Below are positions 35,862 through 48,100 of a stretch of DNA of 64,000 bases, piece after piece. Numbering within the stretch: the stretch's first letter is position 1; each line of letters begins with the position of its first letter. Both the position numbers and the translations under genes were made by a program. The DNA is taken from NCBI GenBank assembly GCA_030141605.1, contig JAQGDQ010000363.1, positions 1 through 64,000 on the forward strand. The letters run 5' to 3'. The notes under the pieces are model-generated. The model made no database searches. It was not told the origin of the DNA and saw nothing but the letters and a program-made list of their open reading frames with translations. The DNA is from Tubiluchus corallicola (taxonomy: Eukaryota; Animalia; Priapulida).

Positions 35862-38800
35862 GGTCCTTTTGTCTGCCATTCCTTTATTTACCCAATTTTG
35901 TCGATTTTTGGCTCAATGTGATTTGGATAGATTCATTCATTAATTTTATTTTATAGATTGTCTATTTTTAACCGATAATTAGTTTCTGCTCTGTGGCTCT
36001 TTGGCAAATTTATTTTAGGTGGGGCTCTAGTATGACCTAGATGTGTCATCGAAACTAGTGTTTTGACTAAAGAAGTATCTTCAGTGCCGTTTTAAGTTGA
36101 AGTAGAACGTCAGTTACGGCGAGAGGAACCTGTATAGATGTAAAGTTATAAACGTAGGGTATATCTCTCCCATTGACCAATGGCCTGAAATGTACGTAAA
36201 ATTATTTAAAAAATGATCTCTACAGTAAAAAACAAAAGTCAGTGACACAAAAGAGCAATTAAGATAGCATACGGTGTATTTGTGATTAACCTCAGAACAA
36301 AAGACAACAATTTTGAGAATATTGTTACGAATTCGACTTATAAAGATTAAGAAGTGAAAAAATCAGCGTCTGCATTTGTAATTTATGGAGGCATTCTGAC
36401 AAAATGTGCCAAGGCAGCATAAATTTTTACTCACAAAATACAAAAACACAACCGCGTGGCAATTATTATTCATTTGGTTGAAAAATTATGTTAAACTTAA
36501 ACATACGCCAGACGACAAACAATTAAATTACACTACGCGCACTTCTAACGGAGGGTAGGTGCGTAAAGTGTCCCCCAGAATAAGTACATGTATCCGTATC
36601 CCGTGAGCAATGGCATTTGATAGCGAAGTCGATGGTTATTGTTGGCCCATCTGCATATTATAAAGTCAAATTGCTGTGCATTTTTGCTGGAATGGCAATG
36701 ATACATGACCTTCATCATTATTTGCGTAGTTTTATCATTATACAGTATTTTACTTCTATGTTCTAATTCTTACAATCTAGCCCCTTCATTCCCAGGTATT
36801 TTTGATGTTTTAATTGCTATGATATCGCCACCAAATTGAAATTTTATAATGCTAAACTTCTGTATGTCGCATATTACAATAGTTACTACACTGCTGGAGT
36901 ATATAGGCCACATGCCCACAAGTAAGAAAACGATTGCCTTGCCTTTGGCGTCTGGTTAATTTGATTTTAATTTGATGCAGTTCTATATCTGATAGCACGA
37001 ATTGAGGATTAAAAATCCCTTAAGTAGGACAGCTAAAATGGAAAGAAAGATGCGGGGAATTCCTTAAACTTACCTCATTAGACTGCAGTAACTCTTTTTC
37101 TCCTATTATATTTCCCCCCGTTTATTCTCTTCCTTTACTATAGTTCTCTTCTACATGTAGATGCACACTGTTAAAGGTGAAGTTATGTCTTCTTTAGGAA
37201 GCTAAATCTCCGACTTGTCTTTGATTGCTAGATGAAATACTACGGCACTGTTGCGTTAGTTTAATTACAAGTTTTAATTTGGGTTTCCGTTGACCCATGC
37301 GACCCCCCGCTCATTCTCGACCCGTGTTTTTCTTGCAAATGAGAACCATAAAGTCGATTCCGTTCAATATTTGCGCGAGCACCAGCCATGACTGCATACA
37401 ATGAGCTGTTTGCTTATTGGCAGCATTAAAATAGTGTCGCACATATTTGTGAAAACAATGTGAACGAGACTTTAGGTATAGGAATCGCAAGTGCCATTCA
37501 AGCGTTCAAACGCGAGTTTATCTGCTTCTTGTGGTAAGTAGTTTAAATTCGTGCTTAAAAGCGAAACGGTTTTTAGTTTTGCGACGAATGTGGAAGCAAT
37601 TTTACGCGTTTTCGGGAAGAAAGAGGTGCCTCTTTGGTTTTGGGCCACCCCTCTGTTAATGTGTCAGTCCTTATTGCGGGAGGTGGAGTAAGAGGTATAG
37701 ATATCCGGGTAGACCTGACGTAAGGAAGAAGAGAACTAGGAAGAGTGAAATTTGTGGAAGGAGTGCGAGGACGTTCAATGAACTCTCGTCTGATAGGTAA
37801 GCTCTATTTAAAACATTTAATTTAAGATTATTCAATTTCATTTTGTCTAGCTATAACAATATAAGTGAACGTATATGTTACTATTTGTATTTTTAAAACC
37901 TATTTTCTGCTCAGACTGCGTATAGTATCTTAGTGCATATGCCTTAAACCTGTTCTGTCTTGTATGCCTATAATATAGTGCTTTTTATCTTTCCTACATC
38001 TTAACTTTTCAAGGATTCCTTTGGTTTGCTAAATTCGTGCTATATTGATGATCTTGGCAGATTTTAACTCAGAATTTAATGAAAAAGACGCATATTTTTT
38101 ATTCTCAAAAATCTATTTGGATTTATCAGCACTATCTATATGTCAGCACTTATACCTATGTAGGCCTACTGCATGCTAACTAATGATTTGTGTAATTAGG
38201 TGGATATAAGTTTGTAAAATTGTTTTTCTTTCTTTAGATCTACAAACCAACTTACGAGTTATTTTAATACCTAGAAAAAGCATGTAAACAGAATTGCAAG
38301 GCTATTGTATTTATACAAGTTATATGCATCATAATTTATAGGTCTAACTGGTTTAGTTCATAAAAGGGAAGAAATTGAAGATTGAAGAAAAAACTCAAGC
38401 ATTAAGTAAATAAACAAAAGCTTCATTATAGACAGCTTGGATGGTTGGATTCTTCCGCGAAGAAATTTCAACAAGGTATTCAGCAATATTTAATTGTGTT
38501 GATAACAAAATACATGTGACAGGACTGACAACTTTGGGCTCTTTCTTAGAATGGCGCCACAAATTTAAAAACGTTTTGTGCAGTGATATGCACTGATGTT
38601 TAATACTGACATTGACAAATACATTGTAGCCTAAAGCTGGAATTAGAATTTTTGCATAGGTGATTCAAAGGACAAACAACAAGAAAGATATGACAAAAAT
38701 ACAGCACTGCTGGCGAAGTGTAAATATAATGGAATGATAAAGTAGGAAACTAGCTACATACGTGGTCTCCAACAAAAACTTTTTAGATGCATGAGAACTT

Positions 38801-39588
38801 TTACAGCTAAATGTGTCATAAAAGTGCAAAAGCAACGTGTTATAAGCACAAGGGCTTGAAAATGAAAACTAGCCTTTGCATAAATTACGTTGTCATGAAT
38901 CAATGATTCAGTAATTTCAAGACCAAAATCCTTGTTATCTTTCAAAATTATGTTGGCCAAAATATAGTCTCATGGATGGTGCCTGGGTTACAGCTTGTCT
39001 ACAGAGTTTTTCAAATTGAAATGACATGAAAAAGTTAATCTTGAATACAGTATTTACTATGCGGTTTTTATTACTAAAAGCAAACAACGCTCCCTCTAAA
39101 ATTGTTACTAGTGTTTCAAGTGCACAGTTACTAGTACAGCCAATAATACTGATATGAAATTCTCATTTTGCTAAAGCGTACATGCCTAAAATTCTAGACT
39201 TTTTAAAAATTTCAGGAACCTTCCTTGTATTTTTTATGTGCAACATATATGTCATAATGAGCAGGTGAATGGTTGCGAGGATACGATCTGTGTTTAGAGA
39301 CTAAAGCTAAGCAACGCCAAGCCTGTAAATAAATGGATGGTCAGCCAGGACAAGCTGACTACTATACTAAACTTCATTGTTGAAGAAAGATATACCTAAA
39401 CGTGGTTAAAACACCTTTATCAGTTTAATGTCCTATCTCAGCTAGAAGGTCATCTTTAATACGACTCTTTCACAACAATCATCAGCTTAATAAATAAACT
39501 CTGGTCCTGATCAATGAATTCTTGGTTGCAAAGTGCCAATACTGGATAAAAAATATTTATACCACATTAGCTTATTAATCGCATTACT

Positions 39589-40138
<550 letters not shown>

Positions 40139-41894
40139 AAAACCAGTATTATACAAATAATGTGGCGCCATCTAACAACAACAACAAGACATCGTATACA
40201 ACACTATAAGTCTTCATCTTTGTAGCTTATACTCTGGTTATTTATTCGTGTTGATTTGTTCATTCGCTCATTTATGAATTTGTTTCTTCATTTTTTATTG
40301 TTTGTTTACTTACACACTTGTTCATTGGGGATCATCCATTCGTTCGACTGCTTGTTCAAACTTACTTAATGTTAATTTTAGATATCGTGTGATAGTCTGT
40401 ATAAACATGAGTAAAAATACAAACACATCAAAATTTGCATATAAATGACTCAGCTAGCTAATTTTTATGTATTTATGCAAATGTTATTACAAATAACTTT
40501 GTAGTTCACTTCCTTAGCCACATTTAGTTTCATGCAGTTACGTAGAGTGTGCTACAAGCGTGGTTGTTGTCTGTTCACATTGTCTCTTCAAGGAGTTACG
40601 CAAGGAGCACCACATCTTCAAAAGATACTGCAGTTTGTTCACTTACAACTAGTCTACAAGTAGTTAGGCTTAGCGTACCACCGGTATTGTTAGCATCTGT
40701 TCTAGTCTGGCTTGCCTACAAGCCCGTGTATATGAATGGAACCACAAATATGTTTGTTGCCTTGCTCACTTTCTGCCAGTCTACCTGCAGTTATGCAAAG
40801 AGGACCAAGGATGTGATTTTCATCAGCTTGCCTATACAGCTGTAGCAACAGGTCTACCTTACAGGTAGTAATGTGAACAGTACCACAGATTTGCGTAGGT
40901 GTTGTGCATGATAGAAACTTACGATCATGTACTTCATCTAAGTAAACTGAAGGTGCAACGTATCAACAAACTTCACTCTAAAAGACGCTGAAGATAAATA
41001 TCAAATGTAAGACGTCCGAGGGAAAAACAAGGCATAGCCTATCTGAAAATGTTTAGGGTAAAAATGTAAAAAGCACAAGTAGACCTAAATAGGGGAAGGG
41101 ACTCCGTGTAAACTGTTATGGTTTGGGACCCAAAAACGAAAGATTGATACATATAAAAAGAGATTCCATGAAAGTAACTGTAAAAAGTTTGATTTGGCTG
41201 CAGTCCTTCCCTTACATACTTGTTAGTTTTGCCAGAATGTTGAGCTTGACGTCTAGATGTTTCACTCGACGTGTTGTGATTTCAATTTCTTTCTTTGGAT
41301 GATTTTTTTATTTTTATGATTTTATGTATATCTATCTTTTCGTGTCTGTGGATTCTGCTGATGAGTTTACGTGTTTAAAAGAAAAAAGTTACCTTTAGCT
41401 GAGCTGATATTTTAACAGAGTAATACTAGCCATAGATAATAAAAGTTGGTGTAATGTGGGTGTAATGGTTAGTGTAACTACCCTATGGAAAGTAAAAAGT
41501 ATTGAGTTCGAGTCTCAGTTGAGGTGCAAATTTTTAGGCATCCTATTTATCATGTGTTGATGTGATTGATTTCACTCTACATCTTAATACTGTGTGGACA
41601 GTTGTTCTCCGTTGATAAAAGAATCTCCATTGACAGACCTCTAATAACTGGCTTACAGACTAAATTTCTAAGTCTTAAAAGTTTGTGTATACCTCTTTGG
41701 TGTAATAACACAGCTGCCCGGAAACCAGATTCATCCTGTAAACATCTTTTGTCGTGACGTTTACAGGATTATTCCCTTAGACATGGAAACTAATGATAAG
41801 GTAGACAGAGAAGCCCACGCTAACGTTCAAGACACACTGAGTAAATGCTCATCTGTTAAAATAATGTTGACAATGAGAAGAAACTTGTGATACG

Positions 41895-42416
41895 TTCTGT
41901 TGTGCTTTGCTTTGTTCTATTCTGTTCTGTTCTGTTCTGTTCTGTTCTGTTCTGTTCTGTTCTGTTCTGTTCTGTTCTGTTCTGTTCTGTTCTGTTCTGT
42001 TCTGTTCTGTTCTGTTCTGTTCTGTTTTGTTCTGTTCTGTTCTGTTCTGTTCTGTTCTGTTCTGTTCTGTTCTGTTCTGTTCTGTTCTGTTCTGTTCTGT
42101 TCTGTTCGGTTCGGTTCGGTTCGGTTCTGTTCTGTTTTGTTCTGTTCTGTTCTGTTCTATTCTGGTCTGTTCTGTTTTGTTTTGCCCTGCTGTTCTGTCC
42201 CATTCTGTTTTGTTTCCATTCTGCTGCTTTCTGCTCTACTCTTAAAGCAGTCGGTAAGGCAAATATGATTATTCTGCTATGTCCCATTCTGTTCCGTTCT
42301 TTTTACTTTTTTCATTTCATTTCATTCCATTCCATCTTGTTTTGTTTTGTTCTGTTCTGTTCTTGTCCTGTACAGTGTTGTATTGTCCTGTCCTGTCTTG
42401 TTCTGTCTTGTCCTGT
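41895..42416. repeat. (TTCTG)n pentanucleotide repeat with degenerate right flank
   Basis: Nearly pure core ~41913-42165; variants to 42416. Confidence 0.96.
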
Positions 42417-44019
42417 GTAAAGGTTTTGTGCCTAGTAAAAAAGAAAAATCTCTGGGTCATATTTTATCGGAAGACAATAGAGATGATTTAGATATATTAC
42501 GACAATATTTAATTTACTACAGCAGAGTCAATAAATTACTCATGAAATTTACTCACTGATCAGTTAAGGTGAAGAGACAATTGTTGTTTAATGCTTACTG
42601 TACTACTTTTAATGTATGTTCACGTGGAGACATTTCTATTCTTACAATCTTAGAAAACTCAAGGTTGCGTATGATGTGAGCGCCAGATATATTTCTAATA
42701 GAATTTCATTTTTATTTTTATGCGGTTCATCGAAAATGTGCATACAGTTTATACGTCAGGCTGAATGAGAGTGAAAATTTTATATGCAAGAGCATTTTAA
42801 ACAGTGATGTAAACTTTAGTTCTGTAATTAGACGTCATTGGCGCAGTTTCCTATATCGTTAATTATTATTTGTCTTATTATTGTGAGTCATGATTATTGT
42901 ATTATTAGTATTAATTTGTGTTGTGTATATGAACTCTGTAAAGTTTGAAATAAAATATTACGTCAAAATCAAGTCAAATCTTGACCTATTCTCTTTTGCT
43001 CTATTCCATACTTATTCTAATTGTTTTGCTTTGTCCACTCTGTTCTGCTCAAGATTAGAATTCAGGCCAAACGGGCAAAGAGCAACTAGGAAACTGTACA
43101 TCTAAAGTGCCACCAGTACATTAATTTATTAAAAGTCTGTGAACAAATGATTCGGAGCTGCTAATCACCGTACTACTTTTTTCCCTTTTGAGAAGCCAAA
43201 ATGCCGAAGTAGACTAAAATAAAGTCCGTTCTAAATCATTGAAGCTTTGTTACCACCATTCTAGGGTGGGACTACTTAGATGTAATAACGAGGAATTTCT
43301 AATAAAAGGAAGACAGGGCCATTATAAATTGGACAGTATAATCTTTAATAAGCAAGCTAAGCATAATAATTATACGTGCCACATACGTAATTGTAATTTA
43401 ACGTGGAAGTAATACACGTACTTTTCTACGTCCACTATTAAATTTTATAATGGCCTGTCGACGAATAACAATGTTTCAGCTCTCTTCAAAAAGTGAAAAT
43501 GAAGCATTTATTCAGAATTAAACAAACTTAAAGATAAATTAAAGCGGATACTTGTAGCTCGTTTATTGGCCAAGCTAGTACTTCATTTGACAGGCCATTT
43601 GCAAATTTGTTAGTTGACGAATATTGTAGGCCTACACTGTACAATTGCGTTTCACTGGTCAACAAATCCAAAAATCAGATTTTGCAAACAGTAATGACAA
43701 TTTGGCTCGAGTTGCTCCAATTATCTATGTTAGTGATAACTCGTCTGTCGTTAAAGTTCTTAAACCTAGAAAATTTTATGGCTCTCTGAGTTTTTCTGGG
43801 TACATTCTAAATGGAATACCTTGCTCTTCAAGAGAATGTTTAAGCTTAGAAGAAAAGGTCAGTTATCGGGCGTAGGGTTAACTTCAGCTATTGGGAATTT
43901 ATTAGACGTTATTTTTCTATTAAAATATAATAGCAAATTCATAACCTTGACTCGAAGTTTGGCTATAAAGCAAAATCATCCACTATGTACGTAGATTTTC
44001 ATACTAAAAGAAACTGGAG

Positions 44020-44235
44020 CTTATATAAACAATAGATCAGATGTATTGCTTTTTAATTCATGCCTTTAAAAACTTTTGATAAGATTGAATATAGCACATT
44101 GTTTAATGTACCTATCAAAGTAATTTACCTGCAAAAATTATTAAAATGTAATTCTCAATTGTGTACTGAGCAGGAAGCTTGTGTTACTTGGAACGAGGAA
44201 TATTTCAAAATTAGTAATAGGGTCCGCTATAGGGA
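44020..44235 (+). mobile_element. Decayed non-LTR reverse transcriptase fragment
   Basis: YINNRSDV.C...K.FDKIEYSTLF...Q.ACVTWN...FKISNRVR resembles the KAFD...GVRQG region; frameshifted. Confidence 0.55.
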
Positions 44236-44584
44236 ACGTGCATGATGTAATGTCATTTTTTAGTTAATACCTACACAATAGACGGTTACTTTACTGCAAG
44301 ATTCACCTCTAGATGCTGTCATATTGGTTCTCATTTTACTATAGTGCACTGTGTTACGCAGACAATTTTACAATTCTTACCCCCCCCCCAAGTTCTAGCC
44401 CATAGAGCTCTTCAAAAAATGCTAAATATTTAGTAAAAATACAATATAAATTATGCACATATTAACAGTAAGAAACTAAAAAAGCCATTGTATTTTATAT
44501 CAGTAATACCTTAATAAGTACGTATCCAAAAATTTTATATGATGATAAGCCTTCAAAATGGCGGCCCAAAGTCAACCATTATCA

Positions 44585-44592
44585 TGATGATG

Positions 44593-44632
<40 letters not shown>

Positions 44633-44660
44633 TAATAATAATAATAATAATTATAACAAT
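44585..44660. repeat. (AAT)n microsatellite upstream of GRP94
   Basis: Directly visible. Confidence 0.9.
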
Positions 44661-44814
44661 GATAAAGTTAAATCTGAGTTTTTCATAAAATTATTAATTA
44701 GTAAAATTTTTTGATGTAATGTAACTCTGTTTCTCTGGTGAACAATTAATGCTGTACTCTGGCGTCTCAGTACTGCTGAATAAAAAATGAACGGAACACT
44801 GACAAGTTTCATTC

Positions 44815-44970
44815 TGATTGGTTAAATGCCAGTCGCACAGGTAAACGACAGGTATTCACCGTGACCGTTGCGCCATCTTTTGAGTGGCAAACCAAACATA
44901 TAGGTATAATTTGGCAACATATGATTGGTTCCCATTTTACACGTGGCCTGGCGTGGTAGACAGCGATTTG
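44815..44970 (+). promoter_or_regulatory. GRP94 proximal promoter with inverted CCAAT boxes, ACACGTGGC box and ERSE-like element
   Basis: ATTGG at 44817 and 44924; ACACGTGGC at 44939-44947; CGTGG-N9-ATTTG at 44952-44970 (reverse CAAAT-N9-CCACG, one mismatch to ERSE CCAAT-N9-CCACG). Confidence 0.6.
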
Positions 44971-45110
44971 TCAATTTTCTGCCAGTCCTGAACTACTGTA
45001 CCTTTTAGAATGCCATTCACTTGTGTAGTGGTGTGTGGGGAAGTGTAATTTTCAGTAAATCGTTTTTGTTTTGATTTTGGCTTCGTGTGTGCAACTTTTT
45101 GAAAATTAAA

Positions 45111-45159
45111 ATGAAAAAATTTTTGTTAGCCTGCATCGTTGGTATCTTGTTGATAGCTA
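45111..45159 (+). CDS. HSP90B1: GRP94 exon 1 coding part (signal peptide)
   Basis: ATG AAA AAA TTT...GCT A|GTATGT, 49 nt. Confidence 0.9.
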
Positions 45160-48100
45160 GTATGTACTGTTACAGCACTCTAATAAAACAGACTTGTAAA
45201 GTTACATAATTGCTGCATTACTAAAATTTACCCACGTGGCAAATGTCGCTCCACAACTTTGTTACTGATAGAAAAATTCCGAGTTGGTAGTCTCACTATA
45301 GTCGTGTGATTATAGTAGAGATTCACGCCGCTGCATCTTACTAATGTAAATGCTTCAGCTGCAGTATTGGTAGTAATAGCTAATAATAGTAATATACAGT
45401 ATTAGCAGCAGTGAAATAGGCATAGGATTTGCACAGATCTGATTAATTCGCGTTACATGTCAAGTCATTGTTGTCTTTAATATTTGAAAAGTTTTATGGT
45501 ACCTACTTCGAGCTTTAGGCTTCACAGCAGCAGCTTAAGTTAAACTTAAAATTAAGGTTTAGAAACACCAAAAGAAATATGCATAGTCTTATTTGGCACT
45601 TATTTCTTTGGATTAGCTGTTAGTATCTGTATTGCAATGACATTCTTTCTAGTACTGTATAAGATTTGGTACAATTTTAAACATTTGATCGAAGAAAAGA
45701 TTTGTATTTGTAAAGAAAACTAAGGAATGAAGCTGAGTTTGCATTAAACTAAACATACTTTTATAACAGTGGATTACTGAAGTCTAAATAAATATTGCAG
45801 GCTTTTCATCAGCTAAAGCTAAAGCTGATGACAAAGGAGGTGATGCAACTGATGAAGGGACTGCAGAAGCTGATATTGGGAGTAGCCGAGAGGCATCTCG
45901 TACGGATGATGAAGTAGTGCAGAGGTAAGTTTTTCTTGGTCCAGAAGTTCTTATTTTTTATTTGTTGCTATAATGCTTATTGTTTTTCCTTCTGAAACTA
46001 GCAAAGAATTTGGACTGTTTGTAGTTTTCTTTACATTTCACAGTGAATGTCTCTCTTTCATATTAAAATACTGACGTTATCATTTTTTTATACAATTTCA
46101 CACATGCCAAACCTAAATCAGGCGTTCAATGTCAGGGCCTATTTAAAGTTTATAATGTAAATTTTAAGTTTATCACTTCTTAAACTGACGTTTTAGATTT
46201 TCTAAATAATGCTTTTAAATGTCTGTAATGAGGAGGATTAATAGAGAAGTGAATGATAATGGTTTGAAAAAGTTGGCAGGTCTACTTGTTGATGAGTTAA
46301 AAATATGACTTATGAAATATAGACTTTTGTCTATGACTTTGAATTGAACAGTCATGTTTCTGTGAAACTGAATTCAGGTATCTTTGCAAGAACATGGAGA
46401 CTAATTATTGCACTTGCATTCAATCATTGTTGTAAACTTTAAATAACTTTCCTGCACTTTATATTAAATGTTTACACAATTGCTGCATAATCATTGTAGG
46501 GAAGAAGAAGCAATCAAGTTAGATGGTTTGAATGTTGCTCAAATGCGAGAACTAAGAGAAAAAGCTGAAAAACATGAATTTCAGGCAGAAGTTAGCCGCA
46601 TGATGAAACTGATCATTAATTCACTTTATAAAAACAAAGAGGTTAGTCTCTAAAATGTTAACAATGAAATACGTCATTATTGGTACTTTGGCCTTTAGAA
46701 TATTTCTTTGCTTCTAGGTCTGTACCGCAGTGTACTATAATTCTTATTAATTAATTTATTTTAGAGATGTATACTGATATATTAGCTTTACTGATGTGTA
46801 CGTGTAATTATGATTGTAACTACACGTACAGATTTTGTCTTTTCGTACACTAGTTAATAGGAAAATAAATCATATTGAGTATCAATTTGAATAACTTCTT
46901 ATAAAATTATTTTATAAATAGTACTGTTTATTGTTTTCCATCTTGTGCTTTCAAAGAACGGTAGAAGTTTGCTTGCATTTTGCTCGAAAAGTGTACTTTT
47001 AAAAAACAACAGTAATTTTAACATTTATTTACATTTTTCTTTGTTTTATGAAAAAACTGATTTTGTGAATGAGGTACACTTGCCTACTTGTAAACAAATT
47101 TCATAATTTTTACAAATCTTTTTAAATGTTTATAAATATAATACTTTTTATTTCAGATATTTTTGCGAGAACTTATCTCAAATGCTTCAGATGCTCTAGA
47201 CAAGATTAGATTCGTTTCTTTAACAGATAAAGACGTACTATCTTCTAAGGAAGAGATGACGATTAAAATTAAGGTACGTAAGCGATTACACGTTTTTTTA
47301 ATGTGCTTTCAGGATCATAAGTGGTAACTGTAATGAAATATGGGTTATGTAGTGACATATACATGTGCAGATATTATCATGATTTATGGATTTGATAAGT
47401 CTATGAGCTAACTGGCCAGCATGGGTATCAGCAAAGTTTATGGGGATTAAGTGGAGCTGACAGGTAAACTCTAATTTTTCTAAGGTTTTTGCTCCAGCTT
47501 TTATTCATTCTTTGAATTTGCTTAGGCTGATAAAGACAATCATGTTCTGCACATCACTGATACTGGTATTGGAATGACAAAGAAGGACCTGGAAGAAAAT
47601 CTTGGAACAATTGCTCGTTCTGGCACTTCTGATTTCCTAGGCAAAATATCTGAGTCTTCCGATGCTCAGCTACAGGATCTGATTGGTCAGTTTGGAGTCG
47701 GATTTTACTCATCATTTTTAGTCGCTGATAAAGTTATTGTGGCCTCAAAACACAATGATGATGACCAGTATATATGGGAGTCTGATGCACGAGAGTTTTC
47801 TGTCGTTAAGGACCCGAGGGGTAACACTTTAGGACGAGGCACAACTGTCAGGTACGACCATTTTCTTGCAGATCTGTTACAAAAGCTTTAATTGAACATT
47901 GTGTAAATGCTTGAAGACTCTGCAAGGTTTCTGTGTATACGTGAAGAAGAATTTAAACTTAGGCCTATATAACCCCAACAGACATTGAAGTTTTTTTAAC
48001 ACATTATTTGATTACACAGATAATTCATAGTTATTATTAAACAAAAGAAACTTCTAGATTAAAAAACTTAAATTTAAATTTTTTGTGGCAAATTTCGAAT

